IMG/VR virus record: IMGVR_UViG_3300009181_000073
Span: 1,593 to 65,592 of that record
Length of the DNA: 64,000 nucleotides
DNA from: a virus
Taxonomy: Duplodnaviria; Caudoviricetes
Direction: 5' to 3' (one strand)
Part shown: positions 47,388 to 56,912 of the stretch, in pieces
Layout of the letters: each line of letters starts with the position of its first letter
How positions within the stretch are numbered: the stretch's first letter is position 1
Program-made: the position numbers and the translations under genes
Notes under the pieces: model-generated
The model's database searches: none
What the model saw: only the letters and a program-made list of their open reading frames with translations
What the model was told of the DNA's origin: nothing

Positions 47388-47395
47388 ATTGACCC

Positions 47396-47791
47396 TTATT
47401 CTTTTCCTGTGTATTTTAGATATCCATGAACGGAGTCAATCATGCTTGCAGCAACTGCAATTTTTTCTTGGACCCATTCTTCATTATCAGATACTTGATC
47501 GGCCATATCACGAAGCTCTGCCGATTTATGAGCGATCTTAGCAAGATTGCTGAGAATCATAGATTTTTCCCCTTGATCATCGTGATCATGGTCTGTATGA
47601 TCATGACCAAAAGCATCGTGATCATCATGAGCTAGCCCTGGGAATAATCCTGATGATATTGTTGGTTCGTCTAGCTTAACAATCTTGATTGAAGATGGTT
47701 CCATATCCAGACCCATTTCTTTCATTGTTTCACAAGCACATTCTTTGATTAGTTTTTTTAATTGACCCATTGTTATATTCATATTACTCAT
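47396..47791 (-). CDS. hypothetical protein with His/Asp-rich tract
   Basis: ITMGQLKKLIKE; HDDHDAFGHDHTDHDHDD; EWVQEKI. Confidence 0.7.
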   Translation of the reverse strand: MSNMNITMGQLKKLIKECACETMKEMGLDMEPSSIKIVKLDEPTISSGLFPGLAHDDHDAFGHDHTDHDHDDQGEKSMILSNLAKIAHKSAELRDMADQVSDNEEWVQEKIAVAASMIDSVHGYLKYTGKE

Positions 47792-48365
47792 CTCCTGTTT
47801 GATTATATAATCTCTTGTAATGTAAATATTCTTTTATAGACTTTTGCAACTTAGATTCTTTAACAATTGCTGGAATTGCATTAACTTGTACAGGTGCAGT
47901 TGTTTTTGATGTCCCTGGTTTATTTATTTTTGTATATATTTTTGGGTAAAATTGTTTCATAACATTATTGATATCATCTTTTTTATTTTCTAATTCTTTA
48001 TCAGATATCATCTTTGAATAAAAATCTTGAACCTTTTTGTCATCTTTTGTATCTTGGAAAGCGTTTTGAAAACTTTGTTTAACACCCACATAATTTTTTG
48101 ATTTTTGTATTGCAGTCTTCAATGCTAGAAAATCTTTGTCTTCTTCCTGTGGTGCTCCTGTCGCTCCTGGAGCGGCTGGAACTGCTGGGACAGCTCCTGG
48201 TGCAGCTGGTGCTGGTGGGGCTCCTGCAACGGCCCCTGGTGCAGCTGGCGGTGCAGCTGGCGGTGCAGCGTTCGGATCTTGTTCCAGTAATATAGAAACA
48301 TCACCCAAACTCTCAGAAATGACTTTATCTATTTCTTCATTGATAATTTTTAATATTTTGTTCAT
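47784..48365 (-). CDS. hypothetical protein with Pro/Ala linker
   Basis: MNKILKIINEE start; AAPP repeats. Confidence 0.65.
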   Translation of the reverse strand: MNKILKIINEEIDKVISESLGDVSILLEQDPNAAPPAAPPAAPGAVAGAPPAPAAPGAVPAVPAAPGATGAPQEEDKDFLALKTAIQKSKNYVGVKQSFQNAFQDTKDDKKVQDFYSKMISDKELENKKDDINNVMKQFYPKIYTKINKPGTSKTTAPVQVNAIPAIVKESKLQKSIKEYLHYKRLYNQTGDE

Positions 48366-48433
48366 GATTTTGATTAATAAATATTCCAACAGTGGAACAT
48401 AACCAATAGAAGAAGGACGAAAGAATGAATTTA

Positions 48434-48910
48434 TTATTTTCCTAGAAATCTTAATAATTTATGTTTTCGTGCAACAAGTTCTCTGAGGCCGGGATGTTTG
48501 ATTTCTATTTCAAGAAGTTCTGAAAGCGTTACCCACTTGTAATCTACATTTTCCCAGTTTAATTTAGGTTTAAATTCATGATCCAGTTTGGCAAGATAAG
48601 TGTAATACTTGAATATTACATTTATTTTTTTAATTTCATTATAGTTTATTTTTCTGAAGGTATACAGTGGTTTAAGATCAAGATCATCATCAAATTCTAT
48701 TTCTTCTCTTGTTTCTCTAACAGCACCTTCTTCAGCAGATTCTCCAGGCTCTACTTTTCCTCCAACAGTGCTCCAAGTGTTTCCTTTATGAACTTTTGGA
48801 TTTCTTAAAAGAATAAGGAATCTTTTGGTATCTTTGGCAAAGAATAATATACCGGCACCAATTTTCTTCTCCGTTTTGTTTTCAAATAATAATTTTTGCA
48901 GTTCTAACAT
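48434..48910 (-). CDS. NUDIX hydrolase
   Basis: GGKVEPGESAEEGAVRETREE Nudix box. Confidence 0.9.
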   Translation of the reverse strand: MLELQKLLFENKTEKKIGAGILFFAKDTKRFLILLRNPKVHKGNTWSTVGGKVEPGESAEEGAVRETREEIEFDDDLDLKPLYTFRKINYNEIKKINVIFKYYTYLAKLDHEFKPKLNWENVDYKWVTLSELLEIEIKHPGLRELVARKHKLLRFLGK

Positions 48911-48933
48911 TTTTCTTTTACTTTATGACGACT

Positions 48934-49614
48934 TCAGCGATAAATGCTAGGAATCGTTCTTGCAATTTCTTTATAAACGTCATCTTGCAAAAAAGATTCA
49001 TTCTTAAGATGTTTTTTTATAGCACTTGGAAAAGGCCATGTAAAATAGTATAAGCTAGTTGAAAGCTGTTTTGTAATCCATTCGTATATTGGTTCCATTT
49101 GTTCGTCATTTAGCTTGTCTTCTTTACGAGCAAACAGTATACTTGTTCTGTATGCTCTTAATTCAAACCAATACCGGAATGGAGCCGGTATTGGTGCAAG
49201 GCACAACAAGAACATTAAGCACCACAAGAAACTCAATGATAGAGGCGCTAGGAAGCTCAATAGAGCCAGCGAAGCTAGGGATTGTGGGAACAGATATAGG
49301 AACTTGAAGAGTAGATTGGTGAGGCGTTTAGAGTCCATGATGTGAATAGATTCATGTGCCAATACACGAATAAGATTTTTTATATCTGCATTTTTTAATA
49401 GATCATCTGGAACATATACCGTTTGGCCAATGGTTGTATAATATCTTTCCATGAATTGCGGGCTAATCTTTGTAATTGAAAATAGCCATCCTATTGCATG
49501 CATTAGCTTTGAAGAGTTTTTTGGTTCTACATACATGTTATATTGAGTTTTATTATAAAACTTAATTAAAAAATCTTTTACTTCTTTTGGCAACTCTGTT
49601 GATGTGGTGCTCAT
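48934..49614 (-). CDS. putative membrane-associated zincin-like protein
   Basis: LAHESIH motif, hydrophobic segment, FELRAY third-ligand motif. Confidence 0.6.
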   Translation of the reverse strand: MSTTSTELPKEVKDFLIKFYNKTQYNMYVEPKNSSKLMHAIGWLFSITKISPQFMERYYTTIGQTVYVPDDLLKNADIKNLIRVLAHESIHIMDSKRLTNLLFKFLYLFPQSLASLALLSFLAPLSLSFLWCLMFLLCLAPIPAPFRYWFELRAYRTSILFARKEDKLNDEQMEPIYEWITKQLSTSLYYFTWPFPSAIKKHLKNESFLQDDVYKEIARTIPSIYR

Positions 49615-49725
49615 ATATTTTTCTTTCTAGAAATAAATAGAACCACTTGACAACTTTTATCCCGTGTTTACAATTTCAAACACGCCGAGAAATTAATCCG
49701 GCAATAAAATAAAAGGAAATAAATT

Positions 49726-50151
49726 ATGTCAACAGTACACATGCCATCAGAAGATTATTTTTTCGCAAAATCATTATTGAATGATCGGTTTGGTTACGAT
49801 CCAGGTCGTAATTCAAAATATCGAAAATATCGAAATGATGAACTTCTTAAACTTTCAACCGAAGAATTTAATTCGGTAGGTAGTATCACTGCTATGCCAG
49901 ATGGAACCGTTAAAATTGAAGAAGAAGTTCCAGGCTTTAGTAAAGAAGATGTAACAGTCCTTCTTAAAGAAGGTCGCCTATCAGTAACATTGAAACGTGA
50001 AGGCCGTAAAGAAAAACGATTTACATATCATGTATCCAGTAAAGTAGACTCTACTAAAATTACCGCATCTTGTAAAGATGGAATTCTTACATTGCTACTA
50101 CCACCGGTTACAAAAAAGCAAGTAGAACCACTAACAATCGCTGTTAGCTGA
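49726..50151 (+). CDS. small heat shock protein (Hsp20)
   Basis: EVPGFSKEDV ... ITASCKDGILTLLLP; upstream TTGACA-N17-TACAAT. Confidence 0.85.
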   Translation: MSTVHMPSEDYFFAKSLLNDRFGYDPGRNSKYRKYRNDELLKLSTEEFNSVGSITAMPDGTVKIEEEVPGFSKEDVTVLLKEGRLSVTLKREGRKEKRFTYHVSSKVDSTKITASCKDGILTLLLPPVTKKQVEPLTIAVS

Positions 50152-50172
50152 ATTTGATATTATAGCATTTAT

Positions 50173-50973
50173 TTAAATAATTTTAATTGGATTACCAACT
50201 CTAAATGGAATAAATGCTATAAGCTTTCTTTCGCCTTCTCCATAACTTTTTTCTGGACTTCCGGCAGTAACCCGCAATTCTGCTCCATTCATATATCTCA
50301 ATAATCCTACAGGTAGCTTTAATCGATCAGTAATAGTATGAGAAATATTTAATTCTTTAAGCTCTTCACTGCTCTTGTGGAGAAAAATATTCAACATTTT
50401 TTGAGATTTTTCTTGAAGCGTCAAAGCGATTTGTTTTAAATATTTAGTTAGGAATATTCCTATAGTTCCATCTTGTTGACCTACGATATACAAAACTGAT
50501 TCACCTTTCATATCCCTTCCAGTAATATCACGATCAAAATCCTTTTTAAGTTCAAAAACAATATCATTTCCAGATTGAGTTCTCTTTTTTATTTGTATTG
50601 ATGTTCTGTTAGGGAATTGGCTTTTAAGTTCTGGATCTTTAAAGGTTATAAATCCATCTATTTTTTGATACATATCTTCTTGAATGGTTGGAACTTCTAT
50701 ATCACCCAATGGAATAAGTTTTTTAATCAAATTCGATTCGAGTACTTTTCCAAGCATTACCCTGGTTTCTTCATCCATATTTTTTAATAAGTCTGTATTA
50801 TCACTACCAACACGAATTATACCATGCTTTTCTGGTGGTGCAAGCATTTCTTGAGGCGGCAATATTCTTGATGTCAATTTTCTGGGTGGAGTAGGTCTTG
50901 GTGCTGGCTTATATACTCTTGGCGAGTATTCAGATAAAAAGAAATCATTACCCCTGGTGTTTTTAAAAATCAT
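50173..50973 (-). CDS. hypothetical protein, possible PD-(D/E)XK nuclease
   Basis: EDMYQKIDG ... SIQIKKR. Confidence 0.5.
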   Translation of the reverse strand: MIFKNTRGNDFFLSEYSPRVYKPAPRPTPPRKLTSRILPPQEMLAPPEKHGIIRVGSDNTDLLKNMDEETRVMLGKVLESNLIKKLIPLGDIEVPTIQEDMYQKIDGFITFKDPELKSQFPNRTSIQIKKRTQSGNDIVFELKKDFDRDITGRDMKGESVLYIVGQQDGTIGIFLTKYLKQIALTLQEKSQKMLNIFLHKSSEELKELNISHTITDRLKLPVGLLRYMNGAELRVTAGSPEKSYGEGERKLIAFIPFRVGNPIKII

Positions 50974-51008
50974 ACTATATCCCTTGCTATGATTAATAAG
51001 TATGATTG

Positions 51009-51545
51009 TTATTTATATTGAAGTCGCTTCTTTAGTTCTCTTTTCCCATCCCGATTTAATTCACATGTTCGATCAATAATCGTCATTCCAACTAAATGAT
51101 CTATTTCATGCAAATAAATGCGGGCATCCATATCAGTTAAAATCTTCTCTACTGGTAAAAATTGTCCATCCACGATGTCTAGCCAAGTAGCTTTAATTTT
51201 TTTTGTACGCTTAACTAATAGCTCAACTCTTGGAACAGATAAACATCCTTCCTTCTCTGCTGGACCTTCTTCACCAATAGCTTTATATTTTGGATTAAAA
51301 TAAACATGATACTTCTCATGGTCTTCATTATCCCTAATAATAAAAAAGCTTTTCTGGATTCCAATCTGATTTGCGGCAATTCCAATTCCATCATAAGCCA
51401 AACAAGCTTTTAATGCCTGCCTGCACTCATTATAAAGCTCTTCATTAATTTCCACAACAGGATTTGTTGGTTTAATTTTATGAGCATATACAATACAGTT
51501 AAGAATAATTTTATCTGTATATGCTTCTTTGATATGTAATAACAT
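51009..51545 (-). CDS. def: peptide deformylase
   Basis: GIGIAANQIG, EGCLS, HEIDHLVG. Confidence 0.95.
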   Translation of the reverse strand: MLLHIKEAYTDKIILNCIVYAHKIKPTNPVVEINEELYNECRQALKACLAYDGIGIAANQIGIQKSFFIIRDNEDHEKYHVYFNPKYKAIGEEGPAEKEGCLSVPRVELLVKRTKKIKATWLDIVDGQFLPVEKILTDMDARIYLHEIDHLVGMTIIDRTCELNRDGKRELKKRLQYK

Positions 51546-51568
51546 TTTTTCCTCTATGATAATAATAC

Positions 51569-51602
51569 AAAAAAAGAAGGGCAGTGTTTAGCTGCCCTTC
51601 TT
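51569..51602 (-). terminator. intrinsic terminator
   Basis: AAGAAGGGCAG / CTGCCCTTCTT stem with T tract on the minus strand. Confidence 0.75.
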
Positions 51603-51696
51603 CAGTAACTGATCAACAATATTTTGGCTAATAAGATATATTATAATTCAAACTACGTATGTAACAATAAGTATTGTCGTATAATCAAAAAACTAT

Positions 51697-53016
51697 TCAA
51701 ACACGCTTAACTGCTTTCTCAGCCCCCATTTTTGCTACGAGGTCTCCTGGTCGAGTATTTGTAGCATCACCATTTTCTGTAATAACCCAGAGAACCTTTG
51801 TACCCACAATTGCTCCCATTTTAGGGGCATAACCATCAGTAAAGATGATTACTGCGGAATACTTGCCACGATGCTTGGGATTATTCAAGTACCGCTGAAC
51901 ACAATCAAAATCAGTGCCACCATTCCGAGTACGCTTCCACTTGAAATTGTTCATGTTCTTGACTGAATAAAATGATGACTCATCAATTTCAGTATCGAAA
52001 TTTACAACATCAATTTGTGATTCACGGCTGCAAGCATAGGCTTCTGCCAAACCACGCTGGACATCCTCATTACTAACAGAACCCGATTGATCAATTGCCC
52101 AAAGAACATTCGCAATAGTGGTTCGCTTAACTCCCGGAAAAAGATAAGGCATACGCTTGTTAATGCGCTTTACCGTGGAGTAACGATCCATTGATCGTGC
52201 CCGCCCAATAAACATCCGAAGAATTGCCTTCCAATCAAGCTCATTCTTTAGAAGACGCTCAATCTCCGATGAAATCTCCGATGGAATAGAACCCCATGAT
52301 GCATTGCGTTGAGCATTCTTAACACCCTTCTCAATTAGTTCACGGACCTTCTCCCGCATAATGTCACGGAATTCGTCAGGAGCTTCGCCCCAATTACCAT
52401 GACCATCAAGAGTCTCACCGTTCTCATTACCAATCTCTAGGACATATTCGCCCTCACCATTGGTCTTTGAATTATCCTTGGCATACTGCTCAAGACGTGC
52501 CATATACCAATCCGAAGATTCAAGCTTTGGAAAGCTCTTAATAAGCTCTGCAAGCTTGGGATCATCAGTCTTAGGAGCACGCCCCGGCATCAGACAAAAC
52601 TCTGGCAGCTTGTCTTCGCCAATAATACTGTTAATAGCAAGGTCTGTCGCCACATTCCATAGACGAGAACGCTTACGATCAGCAACAGCACGTTCTGAGA
52701 TATGCATGAATGCTACATGAAATAGCTCGTGCATCAGAACGCCTTGACGCTGCTTCTTCGACATTCCACGCATGAAGTCAGGGTTAAAACCCATCTTGAT
52801 GTTTGCGTTCTTGTCACACATTACATATGCGGTATCCACCTTCCAGTCTGCAATTTTTGGAATATACATGCTCATGCCACCGAGAAATGGCTCTGCTTGC
52901 ATAAGCTCAATAAAATCAGCACCAAACTGATACTCAGCAGGATCAACTGCCGGATCTGGCTCATGCCGAACATTAAGCTCTGTAACCTTGTTTGTCGTGT
53001 CGTTGTTTTCGCTCAT
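51697..53016 (-). CDS. DUF2201-type metallopeptidase plus VWA domain protein
   Basis: HELFH, WNVATDLAIN, MIDAS IDQSGS, GGTDF, FTDG; leaderless promoter. Confidence 0.88.
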   Translation of the reverse strand: MSENNDTTNKVTELNVRHEPDPAVDPAEYQFGADFIELMQAEPFLGGMSMYIPKIADWKVDTAYVMCDKNANIKMGFNPDFMRGMSKKQRQGVLMHELFHVAFMHISERAVADRKRSRLWNVATDLAINSIIGEDKLPEFCLMPGRAPKTDDPKLAELIKSFPKLESSDWYMARLEQYAKDNSKTNGEGEYVLEIGNENGETLDGHGNWGEAPDEFRDIMREKVRELIEKGVKNAQRNASWGSIPSEISSEIERLLKNELDWKAILRMFIGRARSMDRYSTVKRINKRMPYLFPGVKRTTIANVLWAIDQSGSVSNEDVQRGLAEAYACSRESQIDVVNFDTEIDESSFYSVKNMNNFKWKRTRNGGTDFDCVQRYLNNPKHRGKYSAVIIFTDGYAPKMGAIVGTKVLWVITENGDATNTRPGDLVAKMGAEKAVKRV

Positions 53017-53109
53017 GTATGCACTCTACATGATCCTAGTAGAGAAGTCAAAAACTATCTTTGATCAATAACTTCTTGCTTTTGTTTTCTGGGAATGATA
53101 GGATCGCAA

Positions 53110-53340
53110 TATATGCCACAAAATACAAAACTAGATAAAGATAAATGCGACTGCTGCAATAAAGTAAAAAATGGATCAATGATTTATATTGGGGGAGAAC
53201 CCATGGAATTTTTTTGCTGTGATTGCAACCCTGCTATGTACAAACGCACATATAAGGAACACTTCGAAGAATTGGCCGAACAACAGGAACAACAGAATGA
53301 AGTGAGATGGGGAAAGAATGGATTGACTCTCTCACGGTGA
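53110..53340 (+). CDS. small Cys-rich hypothetical protein
   Basis: CDCC and CCDC motifs; start approximate. Confidence 0.45.
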   Translation, partial: YMPQNTKLDKDKCDCCNKVKNGSMIYIGGEPMEFFCCDCNPAMYKRTYKEHFEELAEQQEQQNEVRWGKNGLTLSR

Positions 53341-53405
53341 TCTGATAGATTCGGTTTGTAAGCAAGAAACACTAACGAAAACAAAAGAAAGAAAAGGAAA
53401 ACAAT

Positions 53406-54692
53406 ATGTCTCTCGCAGCACTTAGCCTCGATATCAAGTCCACAAAGCGCCTGTTCACTCGTTTCTCGCCAAATCGTGCGACCATGCTTCGTGGTCGGCA
53501 TGGTATCGGCAAGTCGCAGGTGGTCTATCAGATTGCCGGTGAGTATCGCTCAGACTTCTATAAGGAACATGGTAACTGCGAGCGTGTAAGCGCAGCCTTT
53601 GCCAAGGAATCCGGTGTTCGTAAGATGATCGAATCCTTCTGGAAGAAGAACGGTACTGATCCAAAGTATGATGGTTGTGACCGCAATGTCTGGCACTATG
53701 ACATGGGCGTCCCTGTTATTGAGCGTCGCCTTTCTCAGATGACTGAGGGTGATATTACCGGCATCCCTTTCGAGGGTAATCGTGGTGGCACGGTTTTCCG
53801 TGCGGTTGAGTGGCTTCTTGGTACTTGTGAGTTTCCTTCGGTGCTCTTCCTTGATGAGCTTAACCGTGCGATCAAGGGTGTCGAGCAAGCCACGTTCCAG
53901 CTTGCCGATAGCAAGGCTTTTGATGGCAACCTGCTTCATGCAGAAACACGGGTGATGGTTGCGGTGAACATTGGTGACCAGTACGATGTTACACCAATGG
54001 ACCCAGCGGCAATTAGCCGATATGCAGTGGTTGATCTTGATCCAACCCTAGAGGATTGGATTGCATGGGCCGGTGATAATTGCCATCCTGCACTGGCAGA
54101 ATTCATCCGTAGCAATCCACGCTACCTTGAATTCAAGGATACTTGTGAGCCAAACAAGAAGTATCCAGATCGTCGTGCTTGGGGAAACCTTGATGGAGAA
54201 CTGGCATATGCCGGTCTTTACAAGGAGTGCAACGATGTGCTGTTCTGCCACATGGCTGCATCAATGGTTGGTTTCGAAGCCGCTAACGCTTACTGGAACT
54301 TTTTCAAGGAGCGTGCCGCTGATATCTCTGCGGAAGATGTTCTTGCCGACTGGTCATCAGTCCTCAAGCGTCTGCCAAAGGATGAAGCAAAGCGTCACCA
54401 GAAGTTTATCGAAATCATGGGCAAGATGGATCATCATCTAAAGACCCATGAGATGACTCCCGATGAGGCTGCACAGTATGGTAAGTATATGAATGATGCA
54501 CCAGCAGAAGTGCTGATGGGAGCTTGGAAGTCGATCAATGTTAACAAAAAGAATCTCTTTATGACTCATCCCCATATCGAGCATCTGATTGTCCGAGTCC
54601 TTGCATCCTCAAATGCAGGAACTCCGGCTCCAACACCGCCAGCACCGGCTCCTGTTCCTGCAAAAGCAGTTAAGCCACGCACCCGCAAGTAA
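53406..54692 (+). CDS. MoxR-like AAA+ ATPase
   Basis: GRHGIGKS, LFLDELNR, MDPAAISRY, PDRRAW. Confidence 0.88.
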   Translation: MSLAALSLDIKSTKRLFTRFSPNRATMLRGRHGIGKSQVVYQIAGEYRSDFYKEHGNCERVSAAFAKESGVRKMIESFWKKNGTDPKYDGCDRNVWHYDMGVPVIERRLSQMTEGDITGIPFEGNRGGTVFRAVEWLLGTCEFPSVLFLDELNRAIKGVEQATFQLADSKAFDGNLLHAETRVMVAVNIGDQYDVTPMDPAAISRYAVVDLDPTLEDWIAWAGDNCHPALAEFIRSNPRYLEFKDTCEPNKKYPDRRAWGNLDGELAYAGLYKECNDVLFCHMAASMVGFEAANAYWNFFKERAADISAEDVLADWSSVLKRLPKDEAKRHQKFIEIMGKMDHHLKTHEMTPDEAAQYGKYMNDAPAEVLMGAWKSINVNKKNLFMTHPHIEHLIVRVLASSNAGTPAPTPPAPAPVPAKAVKPRTRK

Positions 54693-54720
54693 TCAGGCAA
54701 TCGACCAAATAAACTAAACG

Positions 54721-54751
54721 AGGGAAGTACAGAAATGTGCTTCCCTTTTTT
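54721..54751 (+). terminator. intrinsic terminator
   Basis: AGGGAAGTACA / TGTGCTTCCCT stem followed by a T run. Confidence 0.75.
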
Positions 54752-54820
54752 ATTGGTTTTACCAATCTCTTGATTCTGTAAATTTGTATTGATATGATCT
54801 TCCTTAGAAAAGGAAAAATT

Positions 54821-55330
54821 ATGCAATCAATCACTTCAGCATCAGTATCAGGTCGAGCCATTCAACAACTAACAATTAAATTTATCAAAACACATCCCAA
54901 TGCTGTTATGCCAAAACCTGCCCACCAATATGGTGATGCTGGATTTGATATTTATGCTGTAGAAGAAACAGTGCTGCCGCCAGGAGAAGTTACTGTTGTT
55001 CGAACAGGATTACAATTAGCAGATTGTCCAACCAATGGAATCAATGGCGCACAATATTATCTTGACATCAGATCACGATCTGGACTATCCAGGAAGCTTG
55101 TTTTTCCTGTCACTGGAACAGTTGATGTAAATTATCGTGGTGAAGTTGGTGTGGTTCTTGCAAACTTCGGCAAAGTGCCATATGTGGTTAATTCAGGAGA
55201 GCGTGTTGCACAACTTGTCATTCAGCAAATTATTGCCAATACACCAACAATGTCAGTTGTTTTTGAGGAGACTGACTCCGTAGCAGATACAGATCGTGGA
55301 TCAGGTGGATTTGGTTCCAGTGGCGTCTGA
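54821..55330 (+). CDS. dut: dUTPase
   Basis: AGFDI, RSGLS, GTVDVNYRGE, RVAQL, RGSGGFGSSG. Confidence 0.95.
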   Translation: MQSITSASVSGRAIQQLTIKFIKTHPNAVMPKPAHQYGDAGFDIYAVEETVLPPGEVTVVRTGLQLADCPTNGINGAQYYLDIRSRSGLSRKLVFPVTGTVDVNYRGEVGVVLANFGKVPYVVNSGERVAQLVIQQIIANTPTMSVVFEETDSVADTDRGSGGFGSSGV

Positions 55331-55332
55331 TA

Positions 55333-55791
55333 ATGTTATTAAAAGATATTATCAATATTAAACCAGGAACCTTAATAAAAGGTTTTAAAATAAAACCTTT
55401 CCGAAACCGATCTGCTATATTTAATTTAGATGGATGGGAGATTACACCAGAATTTGATTTTGAATGTATCCAAACTATATTCTATCCTCTAGGTTATATC
55501 CCAGGACAATATAAAATTTATAATAGCAGTGAATTACAAGTCAGTGACGAAGAAATAAATGAATTGCACCAAGAAGACTTTTGGAAAAATTGGGATCGTA
55601 GTTATTTTATAAAATATAATATTGGCGATCCCATTGGTATCCACCTTGGCGAATATATTATTTGCGACGGTGATGAATTATCTAACAAAGGTACAAGCTT
55701 ATATTCTAAAATATTGCTGCCAAGTGGGGATATAGGCTTTCTTGTATTCCATTCCAAAAACTGGAAGAAAAAAGAAATGGAACTTGTATGA
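55333..55791 (+). CDS. GKLY-related protein with a large insertion
   Basis: IKPGTLI ... KILLPSGDIGFL. Confidence 0.55.
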   Translation: MLLKDIINIKPGTLIKGFKIKPFRNRSAIFNLDGWEITPEFDFECIQTIFYPLGYIPGQYKIYNSSELQVSDEEINELHQEDFWKNWDRSYFIKYNIGDPIGIHLGEYIICDGDELSNKGTSLYSKILLPSGDIGFLVFHSKNWKKKEMELV

Positions 55792-56780
55792 TTAATAAAT
55801 CAATTTTAGTAATTGATTCTTTCAATGTTTTCATGAGACACTTCTGCGTAAATGAAACTGTAACAGCGGGCGGGGATCTTGTTGGTGGAGTGGTTGGATT
55901 TGTTAAAGCATTAGGAACATATATCGATCAGCTAAGACCAGACTCTGTTTATGTAATATGGGAACAAGGCGGTCCATCACAAAGAAGAAAACATATCTAT
56001 CCAAACTATAAAGCAAATCGTGCAACCAATAAAGCTTTACAAGATGTTTACCGCAATGATGGAAAATATATAGCATCATCAGATGGTAAAAATAAACTAT
56101 TCCAATTACAACTTTTAACAAAAATTCTCGGTCATCTTCCTGTTTGTCAAATCTATGTGCAAGACACAGAATGCGATGATGTTATAGCTTATCTCGTAAA
56201 AAGAAAATTCCAAAACAATAACCAAACAAAAATTATCGTATCCAGTGATAAAGATTTCTATCAACTACTAGAAGATAAAGATGTAAGGATATTTGATCCA
56301 GGAAAAAAAATATTAATAGATTCTAAATATGTTTTAGATAACTTTGGTATATCAGCAAGAAATTTTACTCTTGCTCGTGCTTTAGTCGGAGATACATCAG
56401 ATAATCTTAATGGCGTTCCAGGCATAGGTCTTAAAACTGTCATCAATAGATTCCCAGATTTTAAAAAAGAAGATGTAGATCTGGATCTATCTTGGATTAA
56501 ATCTGAAGCCGCAAAACTTCTAAATGAAAATAAAAAAGGACCAAAGTGTTACAGTGACATTGTCAGTCACATGGATATCATCGAGAGAAACTGGAAATTA
56601 ATGTACCTAGATACCTCCTGCTTGGCCTCTACGCAGATTTCTAAAATTGACTACCGCCTTGAAATATTTAAACCAATTTGTAATAAAATGGATTATATTA
56701 AAACCTTTGTAGGGGCGGATATTCCTTTAACTCACGACATCGACCAAGCGTTTTTATATGCTAAAACGCTACTTCGATAA
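55788..56780 (+). CDS. 5'-3' exonuclease / flap endonuclease (T4 RNase H-like)
   Basis: LVIDSFN, YKANR, ECDDVIA, SSDKDFYQL, GDTSDNLNGVPGIGLKT. Confidence 0.92.
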   Translation: MINKSILVIDSFNVFMRHFCVNETVTAGGDLVGGVVGFVKALGTYIDQLRPDSVYVIWEQGGPSQRRKHIYPNYKANRATNKALQDVYRNDGKYIASSDGKNKLFQLQLLTKILGHLPVCQIYVQDTECDDVIAYLVKRKFQNNNQTKIIVSSDKDFYQLLEDKDVRIFDPGKKILIDSKYVLDNFGISARNFTLARALVGDTSDNLNGVPGIGLKTVINRFPDFKKEDVDLDLSWIKSEAAKLLNENKKGPKCYSDIVSHMDIIERNWKLMYLDTSCLASTQISKIDYRLEIFKPICNKMDYIKTFVGADIPLTHDIDQAFLYAKTLLR

Positions 56781-56912
56781 TCTTTTGAAACTTTCAAAGT
56801 AGTCTATAGTTACACTTACAGTGCTCAAGTAGGTGCCAAAACTAGTTTATAAAAGTTATCAGATAGTATACATTCAGTCATAACAACCCAAACCCAAACG
56901 GAGCTAATTTAA

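Noticed and set aside
39284-48402. Plus-strand Gly/Ala-rich ORFs (39284, 39605, 48136)
   Set aside because: They are antisense shadows of Pro/Ala linkers in the minus-strand genes.
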